NCBI GenBank assembly: GCA_004431415.1
Contig: QPMI01000420.1
Span: 1 to 64,000 of the forward strand
DNA length: 64,000 nucleotides
Direction: 5' to 3'
From: Cyanophora paradoxa CCMP329
Taxonomy: Eukaryota; Plantae; Glaucophyta
The position numbers and the translations under genes are program-made. The first letter of the stretch is position 1. The number at the start of each line of letters is the position of its first letter. This document shows positions 10,456 through 22,282 of the stretch, one piece after another. The notes under the pieces were generated by a model. That model saw only the letters and a list, made by a program, of their open reading frames with translations. It ran no database searches and was not told the DNA's origin.

Positions 10456-13400
10456 CTTTGTCATCATAAGTTGCTGGATCAGATGGTAGCGGTGGTAAAC
10501 CTGCTGTAACTGGGATATCCGCATTATAATAACTTGTTAAAAATATACCTGGTTTGGTGTCTATTAATGCATCGCCACCAGCTGCTACTAATGTTGTTCT
10601 TGTGGGTTGTTTAACATATAGCTCTCCTTCCATTGTGGTGCCCGCTTCAATTCCCTTTCGGTGTAAATAGTAGCCACTTAATTGTAATCTTTCAGCGATA
10701 GTATCACTTTGGTAAAGACTAACTCCATAAAATCCATCACCATTTACTAAATCACCTGTTGATGCAAAACGTGGTTTTTCGTCTTTTTCGCTCCATGGGT
10801 GCCTGTGGTTACTGTTGGTAATCTCTGAATAATCATGGGAGTGTTTTCCTGGCGGGAATGTCGATGGCGGATTCGTGATATGCTCCCATAAATGCTCGTG
10901 ATAACTGGGAGGATAGGTTAACGGTGGGTCTTTGATATCCTTCCACAAATGCTCGTGTGCAAAATCTGTAATATCTGCTTTTGTGTGTTTTTGTTTTGCT
11001 AACCAGTCTAAAACAACATTCGATGTCGGATGATTTGGTAGGTTTGCTTCAATATTCACAGTGAGATAATTGACTATTACATTACTTCCATTAATATTAC
11101 TTGCCCATAGGTTACTGCTGTAAATGTTACTGCCATAAATGTTACTGGCATAAATGTTACTTGTAACTGTAAGGTTTGATGAAATTGTAAGATTAGATGA
11201 AATAACACCACCTTCGAGAGACAGGTAATCATGAGTGTGTGGATCAGGTGGGAAGGTTAATGGTCGATTGGTGATATGCTCCCACAAATGCTCGTGAGAA
11301 CTGGGTAGAAACGTTGAAGGGACATCTGAGAGTTCTTTGTAGCTCACCTTTTGCTTTGGTATAGTGAGTTCAATTGGCGAGAAATCACCCGAAAGGCGAT
11401 TTTCAGAGGTAAAATACATGAGACTATGGCTGTTAGGTAAATCGCGATCGAGTCTGCAAATCGGGGTGTTGTCGCCCAATATCAATTCGGCGCCTGTATG
11501 GACGACTGGGTTTCTTTGGATATACATATTGGATGCACCTATTACAGGTGCTATAATGGGCACATCTGAACATACAAGGTTGCAAGTGATGGAGAAAATG
11601 GTTTTAGGGGCGAATAGATTGCTGCCCTACTTACTGGTGGTTGATCAGTTCTCACAACACTAAGACCATGCCCCTCGGCTGACCTCACCTCTAACCCCAC
11701 ATCTCCTTTGGCTGTTTGGGTCACATTCAGCTCAGGTGTTGAGTATTTATTTCCTGCTCCTGCAATGGTTCTGTCTATGCAAGCACAACAAAGAGCTCGA
11801 AATTTGTATGCAAGCACAAGCCCAAGAGCACCGAGAATCGGCAAGAGAATGATAAGCACTAAATTTCCTGGATCCGATCCGGGTGCTCCGACTGGATTTG
11901 TAGGATTCGTGGGATTATTAGGTGTTGTAGGATCAGTGGTAGGTGGGGTCTGTGGGTCTGACTCATCAGGAGGCAAGTTAGGATCTGAATCTGGGGGCGG
12001 TTCCGTCGACCCTGCTAATGATGTGGGCGCTGTGTTTGCATTCGCAAACACGATAGGAGCCGTCGCTGGATTTCCTGTGGAGGATCCGGAGATTGCACCA
12101 TAGGTATCTGCGAGATACTTGTATAATTCCTGTGTCACAGGTGGATTGCTCACAGATCGACACACCCAAATATTGCATGTGGTATCATAGACTGTGTCCC
12201 TGATAAAAGGCGGTAGAGCCGTCCCACTGAATGACTCAAAGAGTCCATTTCGCGATAGCAACCTATGTCCTGTATCACAATTTCCACCCTCAAAGTACTT
12301 CGAAGCCGAAATCGCACCTTGCACATAAATATTGCATGTCGAGTGCAATCCAATGTTATTTAGGTTAGGAGTGTATCTGTCATCGAGCCGGACAGTGCAC
12401 ACCCATGGGGAAGCGGTTTTTATATATTTCTTATCGCCCACTTCGATGACATCTGTATTTGGGTGACTGTCAATTTGGGTAGCAATAGACTCATATTTGT
12501 AAGAGTAATAAACTAAGAGACCATCTGTGGAGGATGTAAAATAAAAGAATTCTCTCATGAAGTCTGTGGATCCAAAGAAGTCAGCATTGGTCGATGTTAG
12601 GGTGACTTTGGGATAGCTCATGCTGACAGTCTCAGAAGGATATGGAATATAAGAGGTGTAATAGCGATTTAACAGATAATAGTAAAATCCATCTGAGACA
12701 TTCGAATGAGTGGGCAAGGTGACTGTTAAGGTCTTACTGCGATCCTCAAACGTTTTATGTATGGCAATGTTGCAAGTATTAATTAATCGAGAATCGAAAA
12801 AGTAATTATTTGTAACTCGATTATCGATCAGAGTAGCATTGGTTCCATTAAATACGAAATTCTGCCCATTGATCCTCGTAGTATGAATGTCGGTAATATC
12901 GAGAGGATACCTTATTTTTAATCGGTCTTCGGGGTCAAATCGCGGAATAGTTCCTGTTGCCTTCCAACTCACAGTGAAGGGAGGATAAAACGACTCATAT
13001 GGGATGACAGAAAGATTATTTTTCGCGAAATACAAACCAACAGGATACGCTGACAGAACATATGTGACAGTTGCATTTCCGACAAGTGTAAATCCGGTGG
13101 TTGTTATGTTAGTTGCAACAAACGGGGAGTAGCCAGCTGGTGCATTTTGAAGAGAGGTAGATGAGCCATCATTGACCACATAAAGATTCGGGTCTGTAAT
13201 TTCAATGGTAGGAGGAGAGACAAATGGAGTCTCAAAAGTAAAGTTAAAGTTCGCTGGAACCCCTGCAAGATACATATATGAGACCGATCCTATTTCGGAT
13301 GCCTGGAATACTTTGCTTCCACTCCGCACTACATTATTTGTGTCTTTCACATTGTGGTATGATATGCTGGGAGTCGGGGAGAGCACCAACCAAATAGCAT

Positions 13401-15197
13401 CTGGTAAATCAGACTTTGTTATATACAGCTCTTTAAGATACTTCTTTCTAAAAGGCGCGGTCAGATCTCCAATAGTAGCCAATGAACCTGCGACCACAAT
13501 ATTACAGGTGCTTGCACTCAAAGAATAAACTGTCAAAAGAGTTCGCGCCAAGATCGAATTCTGTGAGAAGGGCACGATATTGCTACCTTGTAAATCTCGG
13601 TAAACCTTTACTCTGGGTTTGCTATCGAATACGGGGCTAATGTAATTGATGTTAAGAGTGAAGCTAATAGTAGCTATGGTGTTCAGTGAGGAGTTTCGGA
13701 TAATGAGAGTATTTGTTCCAACATATTGGAACAAAACCTGAAACCTTGTGGAGGTGATATTATGGACATATGCCTTGTTATATTCATCAGTGAAAGTGAT
13801 TTGATTATAGTAAACTGTATGATCGACCAAGGTTACCGTAGGTAAAGTCTCGAAACCTGTGACACCCAATTGATCCCAAGTAAATGTGTATGTGGGACTG
13901 TCTGCATAATAAACTACATAAACCCTGCGAATTTCTGCGGGTATCCTGTGACCTCGTAGGTCTCAGTTCGCGAAACCGAGCGGGAAAAGTTACTATTAAA
14001 GTCAGTGTAGCTGATCAGTGCATTATCACTGGTGAGAATCTGGTTGGGTCGGAGTGAGTGATTAAATGGAAGGATTAAATTGGAGGCAAACATGGAAACT
14101 CCATGCACCTCTGACCATCTCAGATTCGATAAACCAACCCGGTATGTGTTATCAGTCGCGGGGTAAATGTTCCTTTTCGATAGAATATGGGCTAAGGTAA
14201 TTGCAAGCGCTCCATCTGCTGCAAACAGAGCATTAATTTCGGATTGCAAAGCCGCGATTTCAGTAGTGTGGGTCGTGAGGGTTCCATCCTGGCTTGAATC
14301 TTTGGTGTTCTTGTTCCTCTCAAACTCCAAAAACGCATTTACGATGTCCTTGCCTAAAAGATCATTTATATTGTCTCTGGTAATGTAAACATGGTCTGTT
14401 CTCAGTGCCTGTTTCTCTGTGGTAAAAGCCGGAATTTCCTCTGCAAATGATATAGTCGTTTTATCAAGTGCCAAGGATCTCACATTCGGAGCATTGGCGC
14501 CAATTATATCCACAACGTTCCCATTTTCGACAATTTCTAAGGTCGGTTTCGCGGGGTCTAATGTGAAAACGCTCTCTGTGATTTGGGGAACCGATTCGCT
14601 CTTCTGAATCACAAAGGATTCGATGTTTAGATTGCATGTGGCGACATTGGTGGCGAAAAACGACTCAGAGCTCAGCGAGTTTACATTTAGGGTATCCGTA
14701 GTGATGTTGCTTGCTTTAATGTTACTCGTCGTTAGATTACCTGCTGAGAGATCATGGACGACCTCTACCTTTGTTTTCCGTGTGGATACTCCCGCTATAA
14801 GTGTGCTATTATCCACGATTCTCATAGCTGCATTTTGGAAACCGCTCTCATCTTGAATGAAAAAGTTTAAGCGACCTCTATCGAATGCTTTTGGGATGTT
14901 CCTACGATTATATCGCACCGTTTTCGGTAGCTGGCGGGTTGCCTGAATGCTGGCGACTCTGTTTCGTTCGTTATCATCAAGTAAAAAGTCGATTCCAAGT
15001 TTATGATCCCCTTTCTCGACGTTCATTAGCTGCAAAGCTGCGGGTCTGCTTGGTGTCCCACTGACTGGATCTTCGCGGTCTGCATTGTAGTTTATTCTCA
15101 GAGACCCGCGAATTTCGGTGTTTACCTGATCAGTGTCCTCTATCTGAGTGGTCGAATTAATTACTCGTGCATCAGGTCGCGGATTCAGGAACGACAT
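10456..15197 (-). CDS. Giant fibre/adhesin-like virion protein (>1,500 aa as one gene; two frameshifts; 3' end cut by copy A)
   Basis: ORFs 13914-15197, 11551-13869 and 10361-11563 join through frameshifts near 13930 and 11625. HxHxWxxIxxxPxTFPP fibre repeats, NIYxS pentapeptide repeats, IYPATDNTYRVG...RW motif, recurrent TCNI/L, Pro/Thr linker followed by a hydrophobic segment. Confidence 0.65.
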
Positions 15198-15240
15198 CCT
15201 CTTTATAAACAAAGAAGATATATAAGAAGTATATAAGATA
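15198..15240. promoter_or_regulatory. Compact AT-rich bidirectional promoter between fibre and lipase genes
   Basis: 43-bp AT-rich spacer between divergent ATGs, containing TATAAA and two TATATAAGA. Confidence 0.5.
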
Positions 15241-16734
15241 ATGAAGACCTGCCTCGCTTTGAGTGGAGGGGGGTCGCGTGGAATAATCGAGGCTGCTATA
15301 CTGGCACAGATTGAAGCCCAAACCGGTAAACGAATCCAACAGCTATTCGACTGCTTTGCGGGAACATCCACAGGTGGATTAATCGCGCTCCTATTGAATA
15401 TCAAAAGAACCGATGGCGCCCCTAAATATACTGCTACTGATATTCTGGCGCTCTACAAAGCGAAACTACCGCTGATTTTCGCGAATCCACGAGTGCTTAC
15501 ATCGATTGTACAGCGCCCAAAGTACGAAGCAACTAACTTAGAAGCTGTGGCTCTGGAACTCTGCGGCTCAGCGACCATGGCGGATCTCTATAAACCCACC
15601 ATCGTGACTGCGTTCGACACGGTTCAAATGTCCCCCGTTTTTATTTCAAGCAACGATGAAGATATTAATGGGATGCTTGTGCGCGATGCTGCAAGGGCTA
15701 CCTCGGCTGCTCCGACCTATTTCGAGCCGAAACAAGTCACAGTCGCCGGGAGAACATATTGTTTAATCGATGGTTGCATGAGCGGAAATAATTCGCCCGG
15801 GGTTTGTGGTTACACATTCGCCCGCACTTTATTCGGAAACTCTTGCGAGGAGGAGCTTATAGTGGTCTCGATTACGGCGGGTCACGTCCAAGACTCTGAT
15901 AAGGCAACATCTGGATATTCGTACGACACTATGAAAAATTGGGGGATCGTGCAATGGATGCTTAGCGCCACAGGATCGCCAATTCTCAGCATGTTCTTAG
16001 AGTCGAGTGATCTAAACGCCCACGTAAAGCTACTGGATCTTTTACCCAGAAACGATGATCAGAATTACGATCGCTACTATAAGCTGAGCGTTCCTTTACC
16101 GAAAGATAAAATGATCCTCGATACAATCACAACAAGTCACCTGCAATATTTAGAAACGGAAGCGCTCGCCTTTGTTTCCGCACAGCAAACGTATTTTAAT
16201 GCGATGTATTCAGTGCTGACGATGAATATCTCAGAGGGCGATGTTCCCATAATTAATCTGTCAGGTTGCACAGATGTAAGCGCACCCCCGGAGTCTAACT
16301 GGGTGCCGCTCGATAATAGCGCCTTTATTGCGGAATTTGGCACAGCCTCGAATGCCCGCTGGTCGAATGCTACGGGATGGGTGGGATTTACCAACCCGCC
16401 GCAAGGTAGTAGGTCGGGAGGCAATTATTTACGCATTGATTTTCCGCGTCTGTTTATGCTTTCCTCTATAAAAATGAAGCCGGCTGCGAATGGAAACTAC
16501 ATGAAAACGTTTGAGATCGATTACCAATTAACTCCGGGAGTTTCGGCACTTGTAACATACACAGAAGCCGGCGCGACGAGAGTGTTTACCAATGCAAATC
16601 AAATAGCCGGAAGTGCGGATTCCGACGAACATCTCTTAGCGAACCCGAGATCTGTGAGAACACTCGTAATCTGGGTGCTTACTACGAACGTAGCTTCGGC
16701 ATGCCGAATAGATTTCGAGGGCTACTACGTGTGA
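15241..16734 (+). CDS. Patatin-like phospholipase with C-terminal discoidin (F5/8 type C) domain
   Basis: GGGSRG, GTSTG, ATSAAPTYF, IDG. C-terminal W...NYLRIDF...YMKTFEIDY...RVF...NPRSVRTL...ACRIDFEG pattern. Confidence 0.88.
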   Translation: MKTCLALSGGGSRGIIEAAILAQIEAQTGKRIQQLFDCFAGTSTGGLIALLLNIKRTDGAPKYTATDILALYKAKLPLIFANPRVLTSIVQRPKYEATNLEAVALELCGSATMADLYKPTIVTAFDTVQMSPVFISSNDEDINGMLVRDAARATSAAPTYFEPKQVTVAGRTYCLIDGCMSGNNSPGVCGYTFARTLFGNSCEEELIVVSITAGHVQDSDKATSGYSYDTMKNWGIVQWMLSATGSPILSMFLESSDLNAHVKLLDLLPRNDDQNYDRYYKLSVPLPKDKMILDTITTSHLQYLETEALAFVSAQQTYFNAMYSVLTMNISEGDVPIINLSGCTDVSAPPESNWVPLDNSAFIAEFGTASNARWSNATGWVGFTNPPQGSRSGGNYLRIDFPRLFMLSSIKMKPAANGNYMKTFEIDYQLTPGVSALVTYTEAGATRVFTNANQIAGSADSDEHLLANPRSVRTLVIWVLTTNVASACRIDFEGYYV

Positions 16735-16741
16735 AAAGCGC

Positions 16742-17416
16742 TTAATCCGTGATCACTTCGAGCTGAAACGAGTAAGAGAGACCGTTTATATCCGCAACAG
16801 AGCCCCGCCATTTTCGAAGCGAAATTGTGAGACGATCTAAATCGAGTTGCGATGTGCCATTTACGAAAGGGATGCTTGCGCTCGGTTCGTGGTAAAAGGA
16901 ATATCTACCAAAGTCCGAGTTCATCTGAATTCGCAATAGATAGGAGTTGTCGACATTGTTCAGTCTACCTGTAACCGCTGCGAATTTGGTAAAAGGGCGG
17001 AGCTCTTCGATATCAAGGTAAATATATGGAATCGCATTAAAGTCGACCATTTTCGGGCATTTAATCGCGTAGCGACTGGGGTAATCTCTGAGTGGAACCG
17101 GCACTGGCTCTGGTGTGCTGGCGTAAACCACTCCGGGTTCTATGCCGAGACAATCACAGAACTCCTGGTCTGAGCTCTCTAATGTAAACGGGCTATTCGG
17201 AGATGAGAAAACGAAGCGGTTCGTAGAGAGAGCGAGAGAATAGGAAACCGGGAAGAGACCGAGCGGATTAAAAGAACCGCCCGCAAATCCGAGTAAAGCA
17301 TCACTGTTTAAAGCTCTCTCTTTCGGATATCGTTCGTTATCAGCATCGACGTAATAATAATCGTTTACGCTGGTGACAAACGATATAGACGCCACTGGTG
17401 CAACCATCGAGCGCAT
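16742..17416 (-). CDS. Minor capsid (penton)-like protein 1
   Basis: MVDFNAIPYIYLDI and the C-terminal signature LDRLTISLRKWRGSVADINGLSYSFQLEV. Confidence 0.7.
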   Translation of the reverse strand: MRSMVAPVASISFVTSVNDYYYVDADNERYPKERALNSDALLGFAGGSFNPLGLFPVSYSLALSTNRFVFSSPNSPFTLESSDQEFCDCLGIEPGVVYASTPEPVPVPLRDYPSRYAIKCPKMVDFNAIPYIYLDIEELRPFTKFAAVTGRLNNVDNSYLLRIQMNSDFGRYSFYHEPSASIPFVNGTSQLDLDRLTISLRKWRGSVADINGLSYSFQLEVITD

Positions 17417-18152
17417 GGAACTCTATTTCTCGGTCACAGCTTCGGATTCCGGATTCGTGACCATCACAATCCCCAAAGGATTTTACACCAAAGAAGACCT
17501 TGCCGCAAAAGTCACAGAAAGACTCGAAGCAGCTCGCCTTTCAGATTTCGGTGGAAAATATATTAAATGCCGCTATAATACTACTTCAAAGATCTATGAG
17601 TTTTTCAGTGATAGTAACTTTTGGTTCAAGTTCTCCAAAGCTTCCCCTGAAACACTCAGAAAATCCAGTAACCGCAAAGCAATCGCTAAGAAACTCGCAA
17701 TATTCGGTTTCAAAGATATTACACTATATGTTTACGAGACATTTACCCCTCTTGCAAGCGATTAATTCCTTGTGTTTAATCCTGGGACGGGAACTGTGAC
17801 ACTCAATCGACGCATTCGCGGCTATACTCGTGGAGATGAGACCCCGGCTGCGATGATCTGGCTATATATTGACGAGTTTGCGCCATTTATTCGCTCAGTC
17901 AACAAGCACGTCGACGGTTATTTCATGCGCATTCCAATCCCGCAGGAGCTCGAACACGGTGATATCTACCACTTCGACACGTCCACTACGGTGCCTCTCA
18001 TTCGTGAATTCCGCGAATTAAAATCGTTCGACCGCTTGACGATTAAACTCATCGACCATGATGGCGCTCTCTTAGATTTCGGGGTTTGGGCGCATTATTT
18101 CACTTTTGAAATCGAAACCTACGACGCACCGCCCGAAATGAATTTCTACTAA
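17415..18152 (+). pseudogene. Minor capsid (penton)-like protein 2, in-frame TAA at 17763-17765
   Basis: ITIPKGFYTKEDL; FDRLTIKLIDHDGALLDFG...FTFEIE. ORFs 17373-17765 and 17772-18152 are in the same frame. Confidence 0.7.
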
Positions 18153-18199
18153 GCCCTTTAAATTATTTTCTGATCCCAAAGATAAGAGAAGAAACGCTC

Positions 18200-20671
18200 A
18201 TGGAGACTAACAGCCAATTCCAGCGCCCAACGCTGAAATCTATGCTCACCACCGATGACTACAAGGATTATTTCCTAAACAAGTCGCTGGTCATTGGAAC
18301 GTCCTCTGGCACTAAGCCACTTCGAGTTCTGGTCGCCCCCGATACCGAACCAACCAATGCCCTCGGTAACCGAGTAGTTTTCAAGATCCCCCGCTACCAT
18401 TTCCTGAATGGTCTCGCGCTGCAACTCGATCTTAACCCGATCACCCTCACTGATCTCACGAATGGTGTCGCTGGAACTACTGGCTACCTTCGCGTCATTG
18501 GATCGTTAATTAAGCGCATTGAAATCTCTCACGCTTTATTCCGCTATGTTGTCCCGGAAGATTTCGTCACCCAGTATTTTCTACTGATGACTGAACAGGG
18601 CGAACTCGATAAGAAACTTCGCTATGTGGGTGGTCTTGTCGGAACCGCTGGTAACACTGTCGGTGGAACCTACGAAATCGATTTACCCTCTCCTTTCGAG
18701 AAGGCAATGTTCCCACTTTGCGCTCTGAACTCTGAGATCACAGTTGAAATCGAATTCAAGGCGCAAGGGGATGGTATCATTGAGGATGTAAACAATGTTG
18801 CTAATATTGCGGTAACCAACAATGGCGCTTCCCTTCAAGTGCTGAAACCCCGCGTTATTTGCAAGGTCGTAAATGCCGATGAGGCGGTTGTATCTGAGAC
18901 CATTGCCCGTGTTAAATCGACTGGCATCGCGATCCCCTACAACGAAATCGGTTTCCTACACACAGATTTCCAGCCGACCGCCTCCGGTTCGCGAGTCAAT
19001 CTCTCGCAACTCACAGGTGCGGGTCTCATCCACTTTTTTTTTTGCAAAAATGACGATATATTGACGGCACTACCACATCAATCTATCGGGCCCTTCCGAA
19101 AGTAGACAAGTCGAATCTACCTAAACCGAAGTTTACCAGTCTGCCTCGCTACGAAGTAGAAAGTAGCAAAACAGCTGGCCATGAGCCCACCCTAAGAGAG
19201 TCCTGTCAATAGACTGCGCGAGCAAGGTTTCTCGTTTTCCGATAGCCTGCCTATCCAGCGAACAGCCTACAACAGGATGCATAAGAGCACATCCCTCTAA
19301 AGGGAGTCAGGAAGCAGGAAAGGATCTGCGAAGAAACCCAACCTCAGAGTAAGGCGGCGATGAAAAAGAAAACGTAGCGTCGCGCGTGTCGCCTACTCCT
19401 ACTTCTATATCTAGGGCGAGAGAAAGAGAAAGGAGGGCGACTGCGGGTGGCGTGCTTCGCCCCCAACTCCGCCCGCGGCGACCCGCGAGGGGCCGCCGCT
19501 GGAGCGGTTTGCCAGGAGCGAGCCGCCACCGCGCGCCGGAGTCCCTCATCCTCGAGCTCCCGCCGCAGTACGTGAGGATCGATGCGCCGCCGCCGAGACC
19601 GCGCCCCAGGCCGCCGCGAGCCGCGCCGGATGTTGCCGTCTCCGATCCGCCTGCGAGCGCCCCGGGTGCCCGCGGAGGGGAAGAGAAGCACGGGCCGCCA
19701 AGGACAAGAACCCGGAGGCGATGCGGAGAGGAGGAACCGCGCGCCGGGAGGGGTTGGTGACGCGAACTGGGAGAGCGCCGGATGGCGCGACGGGCCCCGC
19801 GCAGCAGGCGGCGGTGAGGCTGGCGTCAGCTGGCGACTAAGGCGATCCTACTCGCTTCGGCTCTGCAGCCTTCTACTCTGCTGGACGCTGTTGGATGGTG
19901 CGACCGAAGAGCAACCTGCGTGCACGCGGGGGGTCCGCCGCGCCCGGGGCGTCCTTACGCGCACGGCGCACGATCCAGGACGAGCCCAGATCGGCGCCAG
20001 ACCCGCCGGGCGCGGCTATCGATCCTTCCCGAGATTGCGCTAGCTGCCAGCGGGCGCGATGTTCCCGGGCTTGCCGGAACGCCAGCAGGCTGCAGAAGAC
20101 GAAGCTGCTACGCACTGTCCCCCGCGGGGCGCACGAGGGCGCCGCCAAGGCGGCCCTCGCAACCCCGTACCCCCCTGCGGGTCTCATCCACACTCTCGTA
20201 TTCTCTGTGCGCCAAAACGCGAAGACGAAGGTTAACAACGGAACTCTCTCGGTTCTGGCTCCTCGTGCACTCAGAACCAACGCCGTAAGCTTCTATGTGG
20301 AACTCAACAATAACCGCCTTTATTCGAATACTTCGCTTCCTCTCATGATTGCCGCGACCGAACTTCAAGATAAATATAATTCGGCGATCTTTACCGAGAG
20401 CACAAGCTACCCCGCTCTCACTGGCATTTATTTCGGTGCCGGAAACGGAAAGGCGTCGCTTCTCAACCAAGAGGATACGGGCTACATCGATGCCACAGGC
20501 ACATCGGCGTTCGATCTGGTCTTCGAATTCAACGGTGTCACAACGGCAGCCGAAGGTTCATCAGAATAATATGCGGGTGCCGCGTATCAGAAGATGCAAA
20601 TTCAGTGCATTGCGCTCGCTCATAACATAATGATAATTGGTGCCAACGGTATCCGTCGTGTGAGTAGCTAA
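18200..20671 (+). pseudogene. Double-jelly-roll major capsid protein (~437 aa reconstructed), split by a retroposon and with an in-frame TAA at 20567-20569
   Basis: 18200-19033 joins 20192-20671 in frame (GAGLIH/TLVFSVRQ). VVFKIP, FPLCAL...ITVEIEF and C-terminal IALAHNIMIIGANG; adjacent to penton and ATPase genes. Confidence 0.8.
19034..20175 (-). mobile_element. Non-LTR retroposon-type insertion (1,142 bp) with poly(A) tail and 16-bp TSD
   Basis: TGCGGGTCTCATCCAC at 19018-19033 and 20176-20191; T10 at 19034-19043; host-like GC-rich interior. Confidence 0.88.
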
Positions 20672-20729
20672 GGAATTCGTGCGATTACCACATTCAGTCT
20701 TATTTTTCTATTGTTTTTATAGTGAAAGA

Positions 20730-21596
20730 ATGCAAAAAGGGACGACGCCCATGGATCTCGAAGAATGGAACCCGAAACAGAGGGTGAAACTTCCCGCACG
20801 ATTTCTCCTTTTGGCGAAAACCAATTGTGGTAAATCGGTATTCTTAAAGTGGCTGATCAAAGAACTCGAAGACCAGATCTCGTATGTTCTGGTTTTCTGT
20901 CCTACGAGTTTTAACGGTTTCTGGGGTCAAATAACAGACGAAGTGCATGATACCTGGAAACCGGAATATGTAGAGTCGATCATAGAAGCCCGCAAAAAAG
21001 CCATCATCGCGGGTAAGAAACCAAAGAATATTCTCATTGTGCTCGACGATTGTTTGGAGTCCGGAACTATCGATCTTTCGCGCGATCATTTGCTAAATAA
21101 ATTGATGGCGCAAGGTCGTCATACGTTTTGTTCCGTGGCTTTAATATCGCAGAAACTAACAAAGCTTTCAACGATCATTCGCAGCAATGCGGAGTATATC
21201 ATATTCCTAAGCTGGTCAAACATGCGCGAATTCGAAGCATATCACGAAGAGTTCGGGAACATGGATAAAGAGAGTTTCAAGCGCATGTTCCAAGAATTCT
21301 GTCATAGCTACCAAGCGATCATTCACGATAATACCGGGTATTCTGTGCGATGGTGGGTAGAAACAGCCGATATGATCGATGACCATCCGTTTACTAAATT
21401 CCACAAGCGGGCGGCTTTTGAAGAAAAGAAGCGAAAACAACAAGAAGAGCAAGCGACAAAACCGCCGCCTGTCAAAGATTCGACAACTGTCTGCAAAACT
21501 TTATCCAAATTTGAGCGTGAGCTTGAAGGTATCCCCAAACTTTCCCAAATTTCGCCTAAGAAAAAGAAAATGTTAATCAAGTGTAAGAAAACATAA
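20730..21596 (+). CDS. A32-like (FtsK-HerA) genome packaging ATPase
   Basis: Walker A LAKTNCGKS, Walker B ILIVLDD, GRH...SQ, IRSNAEY. Confidence 0.92.
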   Translation: MQKGTTPMDLEEWNPKQRVKLPARFLLLAKTNCGKSVFLKWLIKELEDQISYVLVFCPTSFNGFWGQITDEVHDTWKPEYVESIIEARKKAIIAGKKPKNILIVLDDCLESGTIDLSRDHLLNKLMAQGRHTFCSVALISQKLTKLSTIIRSNAEYIIFLSWSNMREFEAYHEEFGNMDKESFKRMFQEFCHSYQAIIHDNTGYSVRWWVETADMIDDHPFTKFHKRAAFEEKKRKQQEEQATKPPPVKDSTTVCKTLSKFERELEGIPKLSQISPKKKKMLIKCKKT

Positions 21597-21598
21597 TC

Positions 21599-22282
21599 AT
21601 GGTCTACCGAAAGAAGCCTCAAACCATTCAAACGGTCGCTTCTGGTAACCCTAATCGCGGACTTGAAGAGTCTGGATTAACGTCGGGCGGCGGTCTCGAA
21701 ATGCCCGAATATCTTATAGACACTTCGCCAGAAGAGGTCGCCGAGCAAGAGGCGATTATTGCGAGTGCCACCGCGGACAAGGGCAACCAAGATAGCGGTA
21801 AACGCCAAATGGAGGATTTAGCTACTGTAAAACCACAGATTGGAGGCGGCTCTGTTGATGAAGCAACCGACAAAGTACTCAAAGCGCAAGTTGTTGCAAG
21901 CCAGCACAAAACGCAAGACGTCCCGAAAGCCGCCGAAACCGAGCTTAAAAAGCGCGGATCCTATCAAAAACACACGGTTCCTGTCGACGTTGTCATGAGC
22001 TTCGAAGAGAAAGTGCGAGACCTTGAAATGAAAGTCTCTAACTACGAGAAATGGATGCAAGATTATAACGAACGCAAGAAATTAAAGGGTCTCGTAAAGA
22101 AAGAGATCTCCAAACTCGGATTAAAGCAAAAGGTCGACGTAGAGGAGATTAAAAAGGAGGAAAAGACAGATGCGCAAGCCGTTACTCGTCAGCAATCGGT
22201 CGCCCCGCAATATGCACATATAGTGCCGACTGCACCAGCGAATTTCGCGGCAATGCTCGGTGGTAAACGCCATATCCGCTAA
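21599..22282 (+). CDS. Hypothetical protein (charged, coiled-coil)
   Basis: Intact 227-aa ORF starting 2 bp after the ATPase stop; conserved in copy A. Confidence 0.7.
   Translation: MVYRKKPQTIQTVASGNPNRGLEESGLTSGGGLEMPEYLIDTSPEEVAEQEAIIASATADKGNQDSGKRQMEDLATVKPQIGGGSVDEATDKVLKAQVVASQHKTQDVPKAAETELKKRGSYQKHTVPVDVVMSFEEKVRDLEMKVSNYEKWMQDYNERKKLKGLVKKEISKLGLKQKVDVEEIKKEEKTDAQAVTRQQSVAPQYAHIVPTAPANFAAMLGGKRHIR

Noticed and set aside
17763-20671. Alternative genetic code (TAA = Gln)
   Set aside because: TAA terminates many genes of the element at sensible positions.
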